Part shown: one piece after another, positions 46,343-61,578 of the stretch | Position numbering within the stretch: position 1 is the first letter of the stretch | How the letters are laid out: each line of letters opens with the position of its first letter | NCBI RefSeq assembly: GCF_009914755.1 | Contig: NC_060934.1 | Length of the DNA: 64,000 nt | Origin: the human T2T-CHM13v2.0 reference genome, Homo sapiens | Strand: one strand, 5' to 3' | Translations under genes and position numbers: made by a program | Notes under the pieces: generated by a model | The model's database searches: none | Told to the model about the DNA's origin: nothing | The model's input: the letters and a program-made list of their open reading frames with translations, nothing else

Positions 46343-47278
46343 AGATTATTTTAAGGAAACTAGAAGAGCATGGAAAGAAAAGGCACTAACATTTACATCA
46401 CTTTTCATCTAATCCTCTCAATAATCCTGCCAAACAGGCACAATAATCCCTGTTTCAGAAATGAGGAAACAGTCTTGGAGGGGATATATGCCTCGTGAGC
46501 TGATTAGTTACGGAATTATGAGAACATCTACTTAATTGTTGAATTGCAGTGACTCTTCATCCTTTCAACAGCTATTTCTCAATCTACCTAATATGTATCT
46601 TATCAGTTCTAGATACAGATGCAAGAGATCCAAGTGTCATAGTCATTCTGTCAGCTTTAACCTGTTCTCTCATCATACTTCATTCCCAGCTCTGCTCTAG
46701 GCCCTAGGATGCAGCAGGGAACAAAGGAGACAAAAATGCCTGTCCTTGGACTGAGCCTGATTTCCAGTGTGTCCACGCGGTTGTCACTCTGCCTCCACCA
46801 GGCCCCTTTCTCTCCTGTTGCTTGTTTTGTAGCAAAGAGAAGCTAATAGCCAGATATATTTTACAAAATCATGCCTTTCAAGGCTTCTGTATAGAGTTAT
46901 TGTAATAAAAAAACAGTGTTTGCAATACTACTCTTCATGTCAATGACATGATATGATGCAAAGATGGCTGTTTACAGAATGAATGCTATGCAATTTTATC
47001 ACAGAGCTCAACACTGCCAAACCTCATTTTTCAGACAACAAATAAACAAAAGAAACAAATATATGGAAGGAGAAATGGAAATTCATGACCTCAACTTGAA
47101 ATCCACTAGATTCACATACATCCCAATCCACATGGCCTCTGTCCAGTGCTTAGCATCATGAGAGCTGTAGGGAGGATGCACAGCCCAATTCATCCAGCTG
47201 TGTCTCCTCTCCAGCCTAAAAGCCTGTGGTTTCTCTCAGGCTCCATGCACAGAACAGGAAAAAATGTTTCCCTGTCTT

Positions 47279-47484
47279 GGAAGGAAGGAGGGAAGGAAAG
47301 AAAGAAGGAAGGAAGGAAGGAGGGAGGGAGCGAGGGAGGGAGGGAGGGGAGGGGAGGGAAAAGGAGGGAAGGAAGGGAGGAAAGAGGAAAGGAGGGAGGG
47401 AGAAAGAAAAAGAGGAAGGAAGATGAGAGAGGAAGGGAAGGGGGAGAAAGGAGGGAAGGGGAAGAGGAAAAAGGGAAAGAAAAA
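47279..47484 (+). repeat. Polypurine (GGAA/GGGA)n tract
   Basis: About 205 nt, almost entirely A/G. Confidence 0.93.
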
Positions 47485-48099
47485 GTCTGTTTGACATCCT
47501 AGTGTAGGACACCCATTTTGTTTACTGGAGCCTATGATGTGTATCAAATGAAATGGGAATTTAAATATGGGTCTTAATGATGCCCTTTCTTTAGCAGTAT
47601 GGAGCCTGTAAGAGAGAGAGACTGATACAGAACACGCTTAACATTCAGAAAATTTCAGGTTCGAGGAACACCAAGGGCAGCCTTCAAAGAGAGGCATGAC
47701 TCTTAACAGGCAGTGAAAGAGAAGTCCCACCTCTCTGAGCTGGTGCTGGAGGTAGGAAGGTGTTATGAGGGAACAGGGGTTAAGGCTGTGGCTAAATGAA
47801 TATGACCCTTAGGTCTCTTGTATCTTTAGCTAACACTTATTAGGTTGACTGATACGGCATTGCCAATGTTAGGCTGTTTTTTATCTACAAAAATGGCAAT
47901 GCCATATGGTTCATCTTAAACAGTTTCTAAGATGTGACACATGCTTTACAAGGAGTAGGGCCTACAAAGATGAGTAAGATCTAGTCCCACCTTAGAGAAG
48001 CTCAGGCTAGCAAGAGAAATTGGACAAATATTTTCTCACTGAGTGCCTTTGTCCCCAAGTTATGTTCTCCTTTCAAATTATGCTATTCTTCATGGTACA

Positions 48100-48183
48100 A
48101 TTCCTTCCTTCCATCCTTCATTCTTTCCTTCCTTTCTTCCTTCCTTCCTTCTTTTATTCCTTCCTTCTTTCCTTTCTGTCTTT
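48100..48183 (+). repeat. (TTCC)n pyrimidine tract
   Basis: ttccttccttccatccttcattctttccttcc... Confidence 0.88.
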
Positions 48184-48982
48184 CAAGGAGAGATGGAGTA
48201 GGGAGGATCTGAAACCCAAATTTCCCTCTGCCGGCTCAGTAAGTCAGGTTCATTTTCCATTATTTATGGCGTATTAATAAATCTGGCATTTGTCTGAGCC
48301 ATTAGTTTCCTTTTTAAGACATTAGGCTTCAAAGTGCACTTTTCTCCACCTCAGATCAATCCTTCCCAATCAAGGCAAACATTCAAGCTGTGAGGAATTA
48401 GTACCTCACCCTCTAACCTGCATGCATTGCAGGAAGAGGTTACAAAGCTTTCTCATATTCTTGACTTCATCATAGTCTCCTGACGACCCCGTGAAAGAGA
48501 CAGGGCAGTAGCACTAGGTTCATAGATGAACGAGCAAGTGGAGGTATACCATGAGTTGAAGCTGCTCCCCAGTTACTAAGTGGTAAAGCCAGACAGCTCC
48601 CACCGTCTTTGATGAGACGTCCAGTGCTACGTCCACTGTGCCAGTTACCGCAGGACCAGATAGCTTTTATTGAGCTGGCTGGATCCTTCCATGGGACATG
48701 ATTTGAGGAGAAAATATGACTAGAGAAGAAAGAAAAGATCCTGAAAACAGGAAACCTACCCTCATATTTCATCTCAAAATGCAGATAGTTGGGATTAGAC
48801 GTATACTTTCAGGTCCAGCTGGTTCCCACTCTGGCCTAACATTAAAGCCACTCCCTTACCTGCGCCTTTATATAAATTTAGTTCACGCCTAAGAAACAAT
48901 GCACTTTCTCACCTTCTTATACAGAGATGTCAGTAGATTTCTCTTCTAAGAGACATTTACAGATAACTTAAAAGTTATTATA

Positions 48983-49300
<318 letters not shown>

Positions 49301-50330
49301 AAAAGTTATTATATATACCTGGCTATCAGGCGAGATCCTCCCCTCCCCTGCAAATTAACCCTTAAAACCCTGCAAATTAACCCTTAAAAAGGGAGAGAGA
49401 CTTCTTAAAGTTAAGTCCTTTCAAAGCCTGTCAAATGTTGGGATTCTCAATTACTTTGTTTTGAATCATTGTTCTAATGTTATGCATGTTTCACTTTAAT
49501 GTTTGAATGGTTTGTATATTTTAGTAATCTTTTGTATATTTGAATTTTTCTGATGAATATATGTTATTTTGGTAATCAGGAAAACATGAATAAAAAATTA
49601 GTTTATGAATAAAAAATTAATTTATGGCCAATGATGACAAAATCTTCAAACATTATGTATTGGCTTCTAGTAATACCTATGAGTCTTTAGTAATGATTGC
49701 TTTGTGTGCCATTAAGTGTCACTGTGGCTAAGGCCCAGTGGAGCCAGCATTGTTTGCATGCATATATATAAATATTTGGAGAAAATTATCATCAATCTAT
49801 ATGTATTGTAGAGTATCCAATGGTTGCTCAGCACTGAGGGGGTACAAAGGACTATATAACAGTCCCCAAACTCAGGATGCTTGTGTGTTCCCAATCAGTT
49901 GCACAGGATGTCTTTGTTTTAGCCTTCACATTGCCTTATATGTAAAGAGGTAGTGCAATGTAGCAGCTAAGAGGGTGATCTCTGCCACCAGACTGCCTGG
50001 GTTCAACTGTCTCTCTGCCAGCTCAATAGGACAAGTTTATTTTCCATTATTTACTACTTATTAATAAATCTGGCATCTATCTGAGCCATTAGTTTCCTTT
50101 TTAAGACTTTAGGCTTCAAAGTGCACTTTTCTCCACCTCAGATCAGTTCCTCGGCTTTGCACCTTAACAGCTGTGGAATTTGGGGCAGGCCATTTAGCTT
50201 CACTATGCTACAGACTGGGCATGTAAAATGGGGTTATAATAATAATCTCTTAAAATGGGATGGGGAATAACAAGGCATTTAAGAGTATTAGTGCCCAAGG
50301 TTGTCTTGAGATTAAGTCAGTTAATAAATG

Positions 50331-50630
50331 CAAAGTGCTTAGAACAGGGCCTGGTATGTAGTAAGCACCACTGTATAACTAAAACTCACTGCCCAACCTC
50401 CATTAGTCCTGGATCAGAATTCTAAATGCTATAGTGTATATACCATTTAAACATTTTCTGTGAAATTTAAGTAACTACAAAGTGCTCAGAACAGGGCCTG
50501 GTATGTAGTAAGCACCACTGTGTAGGAAAAAACTAAAACTCACTGCATAACCTCCATTAGTCCTGAATCAGAATGCTAAATGCTACAGTGTATATCCCCT
50601 TTAAACACTTTCTATGAAATTAAAGTAACT
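50331..50630. repeat. Two-copy tandem duplication, unit ~147-153 nt
   Basis: caaagtgct(t/c)agaacagggcctggtatgtagtaagcaccactg...aagtaact at 50331 and 50478. Confidence 0.93.
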
Positions 50631-50928
50631 GCACTTGCACCGCCGCAGGTTCAGAGAGACACAAACCCAAGCTGAGAATCTGCATTGCAGGGGGGCTGGT
50701 GCACCCCAGATGGCTGTGGGCGATGCTTTCTTAGCAGCAGAGCCCGGTGGCACTGAAACAAACGCGGTGTTTGAGCCAGTCTGGTCTGCCTTAGAGAGAA
50801 GACTTTCCAGTGGGTTCCACAGTCACAATCGGAGGTTTTCTTGGGTAAATGATGAAAACACCAAAGGGCAGGAAATGGTCATCATTTCTGTGAAGAAGGA
50901 ATGGCCGTCTGCCTTTGAGAACACTTGA

Positions 50929-51360
<432 letters not shown>

Positions 51361-51623
51361 TTAGTTGAAGGCAACTTTAAAGAGCCTCCACGTTGCCTTG
51401 GGATTTCTACCACAGTGGGGCTGTGGGGAGGGAGGGTCCTTCCTGAGGTGGGGGTCCACACCAGCTGGTGGGGACTGCACTAGTCACTCACAGGGCTTTG
51501 AGCTTTCTCCCCCAGTGCCTTGGCACAGGGGGCCTCAAAGGAGCATCCTCTGCTCTTTTCTTTGCCTAGATATGTACGCGTCCTCTCGTCTACTCCAGCC
51601 TGCCTCATTCATTCATTCATTTA

Positions 51624-51962
<339 letters not shown>

Positions 51963-53652
51963 TTACTTTGTGCCAGGCACTATGCTAGCACTACAGATAA
52001 TGGAAAGAGAACCATCCTTCTAGTACTCATTGCAGAATTATCCTAGAAATAAAAGAACATTGATTAAATGTTTCCTCAAGTCTCTCATTGACTGTGTCTT
52101 CACCCCTCTCCCAATCGGCTCCACCCCACCCCAGTCAGATATTCTAGTGCCACCTAGTGTGACCTCCATGCCCTGGAAAAGCCTGTTGTCAAACTCACTG
52201 ACCCCTAAGTACGTGGCCTAAAGTATCACCTATCCTAGTGTCATCTATTAATTTTAAAGATGAAGCCATAGCCTCTCAGTGAAAATGACAAAGCTGTGAT
52301 TTAAGAGCAAGAATAGGACTTGGAGATCATTCTGACCCAGTGATCATTCACTTTATAGAAAAGGGAATAGCCTGAGCTCAAACTCAGATATCCACTTCCC
52401 TGTCCACGTCACCCCTGTACTCTGTGGCTGAGTTCTGGGCCCTAAAGTGAGTCTGACTGGCAAGGGGTCCACTTTGGCCAACACAGGAGCCTGGTACTCC
52501 TTAAACCAAAACATGTAGAAAGTCTTTTTCCTGACAACTCTGGTGGCTACCTGGGACTCCTTGCCTCTCTGTCCTTCATAATTTTTCTTCCTCCTATTCC
52601 TAAGAATTAAGAATTCTTATATCTAGTATTAAAATTCAGCTCTGCTTAACAGCTCTTGGCTAACAGATCTTTGCAGAGGAAGGAGGGTCCCCTACTGCAG
52701 TTCAGGGTGACACTCTCTCAAGTCGTGACACTCTCTCTAGTCATGACACTCTAGAGGAAAGAGAAGGACTAGACACTCTGTGGGCCAGGATCCATAACAT
52801 GATGTTCCAGAATCACTTGCTTTTGATGGGCTCTGTATTAATGGCTGGAAGAAAACATGACTAAATCTTAACAGTGGTTACTTCTGCTATGATAATTATT
52901 ATTTCTCTCCTTTTTTAAAAAAATAATTTTTGCACTTTCCAACTTTTCTTGAAGTGAAGAAATAATTATTATTCCATATATATGTGCATATGTAGTGTGT
53001 GTATATGTGTGTGTGTGTATCAATAAAAGTAAAAGATGGGACTTTTAAGAATACCAATGCATAGGATTATCCCTACTAAGAGAGGCAGAAAGAATAGATG
53101 ATCTCAGCTTCCTGAAGCAAATATTTTAAAGTGTTTAGATATTTAATATCACTGTTTAATGACAATAACAACAAAGAAAAAGATTAGTTTTGTGGTCTTA
53201 ACACATAAGGTTTAAAAATTCACCTGCAGATACAGTTTTTCCTGGAATCCATTACAAAGATATGTATATAAAAATATTAGTAGCTACATGTGTTAATTCT
53301 CACAATAAGTGAAATTCATATCCTTTACTCAGTTTTGCAGATGTCAAAACAGAAACCCAGAGAGGTGAAATTAACTCGGCTAAGGACACATTCCTAAGAG
53401 TGATGACGTTCAAATTTATTCCCTGGTGGATTTGGACGAAGTTGGCACTTAAACCACTATACTCCCCTAAGTGATGCAGGAAAGAATAGCTACAACCAGT
53501 TTTAAAAATACTTAGCACGTATAGCAATTAGAGCTTCTGTTGAGGAAAAGTTAATAATAATATTATTATATCATTACTCTGTGAAGCTGGGAGTGGGATG
53601 AAGACAGAACTGGGAAAATTTTATCCACCACCACATGGCACACAAAAGGGTG

Positions 53653-53807
53653 GGCACACACCACACCCAACTAATTTTTGTATTTTTCGCAGACAGAGGA
53701 TTTTGCCTTGTTGTCCAGGCTGGTCTCAAACTCCTGACCTCAGGTGATCCGCCCACCTCTGCCTCCCAAAGTGCTGGGATTACGGGCGTGAGCCACCATG
53801 CCCTGGC
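53653..53807 (-). mobile_element. Half Alu (left arm + linker only)
   Basis: Right arm and poly-A absent; no TSD. Confidence 0.9.
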
Positions 53808-54539
53808 AACCTGTTACATTTTTTGCAGAGTAATTCTCAGGCTCTGTCAGCATTGCTTTCCTAAGTCGTTCTCTGCCCAAATCCCTCTGCCTGCTTTCTT
53901 TTTATCCAAATGTAACCTGTCACTGGAGCCTCCCAGAGACTTAGGGAAGCTGTCTGAACTCCAGCTCCCTAGCCTTGGATGTCTGGAAGCCTCACTCTCA
54001 TTTCTGAATCTTACTTCCTCTTGAGTCTGCTTCTCTTAGTGAATCCAGGCAGCCTTCTCATGCCCATCACTCACCAAACCTAGACATGAAGCTTCATCCT
54101 CTCTCCTCTAAGAGCAGTTCATTGTGGGCAAGGATTTCATTGAATTTTTGGTAGCGGAGCATCAGAGGGTTGACACTGGGTTCAGCGAATCCACCCACCA
54201 TTTCTCCCTCTGGCTCCCCTGCCTCCCCCACCCTCTGATTCCCAAGGCAAAAGCCTGTCACAAGAGGTTCTCAGGAAATTTAATGCCTCATTCCACAGCC
54301 CATCGGGCCAGCCTGTCCTTCTCAGCCCCATCTCACAATTCTGGTGAATTAGAAGCCCTCCATCTTGTCATGCAAAAATACTGCCTCTCCATTCTGGAAG
54401 CCCCATAGCTCCGAGTCTGCAGCTCTGTTTTGCCATCTGTTCTGTGGTTAGCTTGCACGTGGATCATGTGAGGCCTAAAGCTCTACTCCTTTGGGCAGGA
54501 AGTAGAACTTCCAGATTCACTCATTATTTAAAAGAATCC

Positions 54540-54838
54540 CACAGGGTACAGTGGCTCACACCTGTAATCCCAGCACATTGGGAGGAAGAGGCATGAGGAT
54601 AGCTTGAGCCCAAGAGTTCAAGACCAGCCTGAGCAACATAGCAAGACCCTGTCTCTACAAATAAAAAAGACTTAGTTGGGCATGGTGGGACACACCTGTG
54701 GTCCCAGCTACTGGAGAGGCTGAGCCCAGAGGATCACTTGAGCCAGGGACGTTGAGGCTGCATTAAGCTGTAATTGCACCACTATATTTCAGCCTGGGCA
54801 ACAAAGTGAGACCCTGTCTCAAAAAAAAAAAAAAAAAA
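54540..54838 (+). mobile_element. AluJ-like
   Basis: Diverged dimer; TSD aaaagaat(t)ccc. Confidence 0.92.
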
Positions 54839-55339
54839 GAATTCCCCTTGGACAGTAAGACAAGCATGGTGCCTTCTCCTGTATAGCCCCTATTGGCAGT
54901 AGTAATTCAGGATTTGACTGCTTAATCATTGCATGCCCACTGTCCTGTGACTCAGCCTCCTCTAAATTTATGCTCTGCAGCCAGTTGCAGTTTTTACCAG
55001 CTTCAGAGGAAGGGACATCCACTTAGAAGTTAGTATGATAACTTTAAGCCACATTGTGCCAGAAAATAAACTGAGACACATAACATGGGAGTGACTCTGG
55101 ACTGGTCCAAGACATCAGAAAATCTCTTCATTCAAACACCAGTCAGTAAGATGAATTATGGAGACATTCTCTTGAATAGTCTTCCTTAGCAGCATTTTAT
55201 TAATTTTGCTGTATGTGGACAGCCATAGCAGTTCATTCATGTGGTCTGTTTCTAAACGTTGTTTCTTGGACAACATACGTACAGAAGCTGTTCTCTTCTG
55301 ACACCAGCCACTCTACTGAGAGTAGTTCAGACGCCTGCA

Positions 55340-55525
55340 CCATCCTTGATTATCTCATTTCCTTTTTTCAATAATCTTATGAGATAAGGTATTATTATCT
55401 TCACTTAAAAATGAAACAACTGAATTTCCAAGAAGATACATTACCAAAGTCACACAGCCAGTAAATGCTGGAGTCAGGATTCAAACATAGCTCAGAATCA
55501 CTCCAAAAGCCATGCTCTTTGTCAC
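55340..55525 (-). mobile_element. MIR
   Basis: aataatcttatgagataaggtattattatc...aagtcacacagccagtaaatgctggagtcaggattcaaac. Confidence 0.78.
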
Positions 55526-56520
55526 AATTGGACCGCCATTGACAATGGAACATTCTGACTCAGTTCCTATTCTTGCATTCCAAGGTTCATTGAGAACCGT
55601 TTTCCAAACTAGCAGTAATTACTAAAACCTAGAAAAACAACATAACTAACTTAAAAATAAGTTCTAAAGATCATGAATGTTTGCACTTGAGAAACCTTAT
55701 ATTTAATTAGTGGAGGTAGAAGACATAGACTTTTGAGAATGTTTTAAAGGGAAGTTGAGAGAATTTTCAAGGGTTTAGAGGCTAATGGTATGGGCTCTTT
55801 AGTTTTAGTTTAGTTTTTTATTTTTATTGTGGAAAAAAAAACACCTCTAAGAAAAGTTTATAACGTGTATATATATGGTGCTGGTTAAAAATAGAAAATT
55901 ACACTACCTGGTGACCTTCCCCAGTCATACAGCATTAGCACTGTGCTATGTCTATATTTGTGTACTAGGGACACATTTCCCTTTCCTTGACAGTATCAGG
56001 ACAATTTTTTACTCATTAACCTTTATTAGAATCATTCTAGTGATTTACGGAAGAACAAATAGAAAGGGAAAGGGAAAAACATTCCTGTGATCACGGAAAA
56101 GAACCAGAAGAAGGAGAAAGAGGGGGATGATTAAAGAGAATAGATGGATAGGTTTTTATAAGAAAACTTTTTTCTGAGGTGGAATGAATGGTGCTAGAAA
56201 GGAAAAGGAGGCGTGGGCTTTAGAAAGGAGAAAGGATGTACTGGGGAAGAGATAGAGCTACTGGCACTGTGGGTTGGAGGTTTGGTTGCTCTCCGGAGCA
56301 AGCGAGGAGGAAGCAGGCAGAAGGGGCAGCCCAGGCAAGAGGAGGGGGCGCATTTTGGAGATGGACACTCACCAGTTTGGTTAGTCATCATTTGGGAGAT
56401 ATCCCCTAGATTGAGCGTCTGAGAGTGTGAATCTCTCGTGTTCTGTTCTAAATGGAAAGATCAATGCCCAGGAATCATTGTTGTTTTTAACCAACATAAA
56501 GTGTTGTTTAAATATTGAGT

Positions 56521-56800
56521 GCACCTGTAATCCCAGCACTTTGGGAGGCCGAGGCGGGTGGATCACTGAAGCTCAGGAGTTCAAGACCAGCCTGGCCAAC
56601 ATGGTGAAACCCTGTCTCTACTAAAAATACAACAATTAGCCGGGTATGGTGGCGGGCACATGTAATCCCAGCTACGGCAGGCTAAGGCAGGAAAATCACT
56701 TGAACCCGGGAGGCAGAGGTTTCAGTGAGCTGAGGTCACACCACTTCAATCCAGCCTGGGTGACAGAGCGAGACTTTTGTCTCAAGAAATAAAAGTAAAT
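56521..56800 (+). mobile_element. Alu (S-like), slightly 5'-truncated
   Basis: TSD aaatat(t/g)gagtg; ends ~210 nt upstream of exon 5. Confidence 0.94.
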
Positions 56801-56952
56801 AAATATGGAGTGGGTGTTGAAGTGGACAGGTTAGGAACTGAAAGGACAATAGCAGGAATCTGAGTAGTAGTTCAGAAGAAAAAAAAAGGACCACAAGTCT
56901 TTTAGTAGGCTGGAAATGACAAAAGAGACTCATCACTAAGCTTTATCATTAA

Positions 56953-57084
<132 letters not shown>

Positions 57085-58886
57085 TAAGAGGACCTAAGAA
57101 ATCACTGAACAATTAATTAATTTGCAGTCATTAACAAGGAAGCCTGGTATTGATTATTATAATTTTTAATTGGCTTTTAAATTAAAATTAGGATTTTTAA
57201 ATCTAAATTTTAACTGGCCAAAAATTTAAATTTACATGGACTAACATTTGAGTCTTCTATGGTATTTATCATTGGGAATTCTGAATACATGGCACCCAGG
57301 CATTCCTTTGACAAAGTGTGTGTCAATACGGCAGGGAGCGATGATAAAGGACTTTGACGGGGTGGGAAGAGACCCGGCTAGAAATTTCAAAATCCCTTTT
57401 TTCTCATGAGGTCCAGGAAATAGGGCTACAAAGGAAAAACATAAAGGAGTCTGGGAAACTGACAGAATAAAGATGAAAGGTTACATCCTTGGGTTGGTCA
57501 ATCAACAGAGAAATGGAGCAGGAAGTGGGGGAAGGGAGAAAAGTTTGCCTTTTTTCTCATTAGACTGAACAACAACTCTAAGCTTAATCCCCAGGAATTT
57601 GGCTTAAGCCCCAGGAAGGGAATGAACTTAATTATTTTTGACCCTTTTTCAAACAAAAGAGCTTTCAAACTTTGACTTTTAAGCCTCCGAGTGAAAGATC
57701 TTTGCAAGGAATTTGTATATTTTGCTGTAAGCAAAGCAAGTAATATATGCCTAAACCTCTCAAAAGCAATTCAGCTTCATTATTTGCCTTCCAGAACATT
57801 AGAAAGGTATTTAAATGTCATAAGGTGGAAGACAGGAACAAATGAAAGGATATATGAAAACAAAAGCTTTTTTAAAAAATTATTCAGGTACTTGTCTGTA
57901 GAATATATATTCAAAACAACTTTTCTCCAATAACAAACAAAAAGAAAATCTGAGTCAAGTACTTTCTTCCAAGCCCAGTATTTAACTTCAAATCAGTAGC
58001 CTAATGAAAAACTTTCTTTGTTCCTTGCAGTATTTCCCCAGCCCCTCCTCCATGTCTATTACCTCAATTCCTGAATGATATGGTTTAATTCCAGGAGAAT
58101 GCCCAAATCAGGATTCTTCCAAGAGAGTCCTGGACAGACCATAGTTATCCTCTCTGGTTTACAGTAGCCTGAAAGGTTGCCACTCATTAGTGTGGGTCAG
58201 AGTTCTCTTGGGAGACTAGGTCAGTTCTGGGAGTGTCTTGGAAGTTAGAACACACTCCATGGGTGACGTGGGATGTAGCTCATTGGGGGTCCTTTACCCC
58301 ATTTTTGTGTCAGTCTATACCCTACACTAGTGAAAGACAAAACAAAAAAATATTGAAATTGGCTCAGTCTCTCATGGGAATCCCAAGATGGGTTTAGCCT
58401 TTTGGACCTACTCTAATATGCCCAAATCAAGAATTATCTTAGAAGTACAAGGATCCATGCCAACTTGCCTTTTAGTGGATTTCTTGGCTTTCTTGAAAGT
58501 ATCCTCTAAAAAACATTTTTAAATGTTTGGGCGTTTAAAAATTATTTATGTGTGGTGTGAAGAGTAGGCAGCACCTATCTTAAGAATTCTGTGTGACCAG
58601 GAAAGGAGGTGGAATTCCTGAACAGAAGCAATGCAAATACACAGAGAACTTGGTGAGTTGGGGTCATATGTGGATATGTAAATGGTCTATGCTGTATAAC
58701 TTATTACAGGCATGAGCGATTGTATGCCTGTGTTAACTCTGCTGTGTCAAAGTCATTTCCTATTTAAACTGAATTTGTAGACCACGGAAGAGGATCAGGA
58801 TTAATTATGTCTGTGAGGAAGAAGAAAAGCAAATAGCTCACTTGATTAAATACATTATAATAATCACTACATTCTGTCCTTTAGAC

Positions 58887-59400
58887 CTGTGCTGTCCAAT
58901 AGGGTAGCCACCAGACCTTATGGTCACTGAGCACCTAAAATGTGCTCCTAGTACAACTGAGAGACTGAATTTTAAATTTTACTTAATTTTTTAACAGTTA
59001 AATTTAAATTTAAAAGCTGATTCTCAGCTCAATTATTGGAAAATGTTAAGTACGCTTGGAATAATTTGGGTATATACACCTATTTTTTTCAATTATGAAT
59101 TTTATGACATCTAAATATAGATCACCTATTTCTGGTAAAATTTAGCATCTGAATTGAGATATATTGTAGGTATAAAACACACACTGGACTTCAAAGACTT
59201 AGTATAAAAAAGGAATGTAAAATATCTCAATAATGTTTATATTGATGATGTGTCAAAATGATAATCTTTTGTATGTATTGGGTTAAATAAAACATATTAT
59301 TAAAATGAATTATACCTGCTTCTTTTTACTTTTTTAATGTGGCTATAGAAAATTTTAAATTACAATTACGGTTCATATACTGTTTCTATTGACAGCACAG
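58887..59400 (+). mobile_element. hAT Charlie5/MER33-family element
   Basis: TIRs ctgtgctgtccaatag / ctattgacagcacag; 8-bp TSD ctttagac / ccctagac. Confidence 0.85.
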
Positions 59401-59641
59401 CCCTAGACTAAGCCGCTTTGGAATTCAAGAGGGAGTAAGTGATGAGGTTCCATTGACTGGGTAGTCTTCAAGTGTGCATGGTGCTAACTCTCTGAGCCCA
59501 AAGTGAATGAGTGGTCAGTCAGGTTCCAGGCAGGTTATAGGGCAGGATGCAACGCCGGGTAAGGTCATTCTGCACATGTTAATTGTTGATGTAGAACTCT
59601 TTCCTGCGTGGGTAGGGCCCTTGTACAGCAAAAGCAGCTGA

Positions 59642-59914
<273 letters not shown>

Positions 59915-60098
59915 TAAAAACTAGCTGAGCAACTTAATTTTAAAAAAATTATGAACCATTGACAATGCTTCATGTGTTTAAAAGTAAAATGGCCATTTTA
60001 CTATTCTCTGAAATAAATGTATTTCTTGTGAATATTTAAGATCTAGCCAAGGAAAGAGGTATTAGCTCACAGTTACTTATTATTTCCTATTTTTGCAG

Positions 60099-60263
60099 AA
60101 TTTGCAAAGTCTCAAGACCTGCCTTATCAATCATTGTCCATAGACACTTTTTCTTATTTGAATGATGAGTATGTAGTCATCGCTCAGCCTTTTACTGGAA
60201 AATGCATTTTCCTTGAATGGGACCATGTGGAAAAGACCTTCCGGAATTATGACAACATTACAG
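60099..60263 (+). CDS. LGI1: LGI1 exon 7 (first EPTP/EAR repeat)
   Basis: Acceptor tttttgcag|, donor |gtatga; [55 protein letters not shown]. Confidence 0.97.
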
Positions 60264-60786
60264 GTATGAAAAGCCTAATGATATTTTGAGTGGTAATTTA
60301 AACTGCTTCAGCCAAGGGCAACAAGGAAAGATGAGTGGTATAGGGGAATGCTTTAGCATTTGAATTCCAACTCTACCATTTGTTAAGTGACCTGGGATTG
60401 TTCTCTAAGCCATAATTTCCCCACTTGTAAAACGGGAATAATATTAATACTTAACTCACAAGGTTGTTAATAAGATCATGTGAACACATATTCAAGAAAC
60501 TTAGCATAGGGTCTAGTATAATACATAAACAGTAAATATTTGATTATTTTTCTTCAAATAAAAGTATTGGATGGTGAATCATGAGTTCTAGTCCAGGTTC
60601 TGCCACAGTCTATTTGGGCAAGCTGCTCATACTCACTGACACCCCTCAACCCCTTTTTCTTAACTATAAAATAAGAAGGTTATTTTAGATCAATAAGTCT
60701 CAAATTTGTTACACAAACGTGTCTTCTACAAAATGTTAATGTATGCCTTGTAATGAAAAGGATTTTGTGGTCCAATAAATTCATGA

Positions 60787-61578
<792 letters not shown>

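Noticed and set aside
47146-47547. Several overlapping R/E/G/K-rich or P/S/F-rich ORFs
   Set aside because: Artefacts of the stop-free purine repeat.
57198-57234. 14-bp AT-rich hairpin downstream of exon 5
   Set aside because: Low-complexity A/T sequence; expected by chance and weakly stable.
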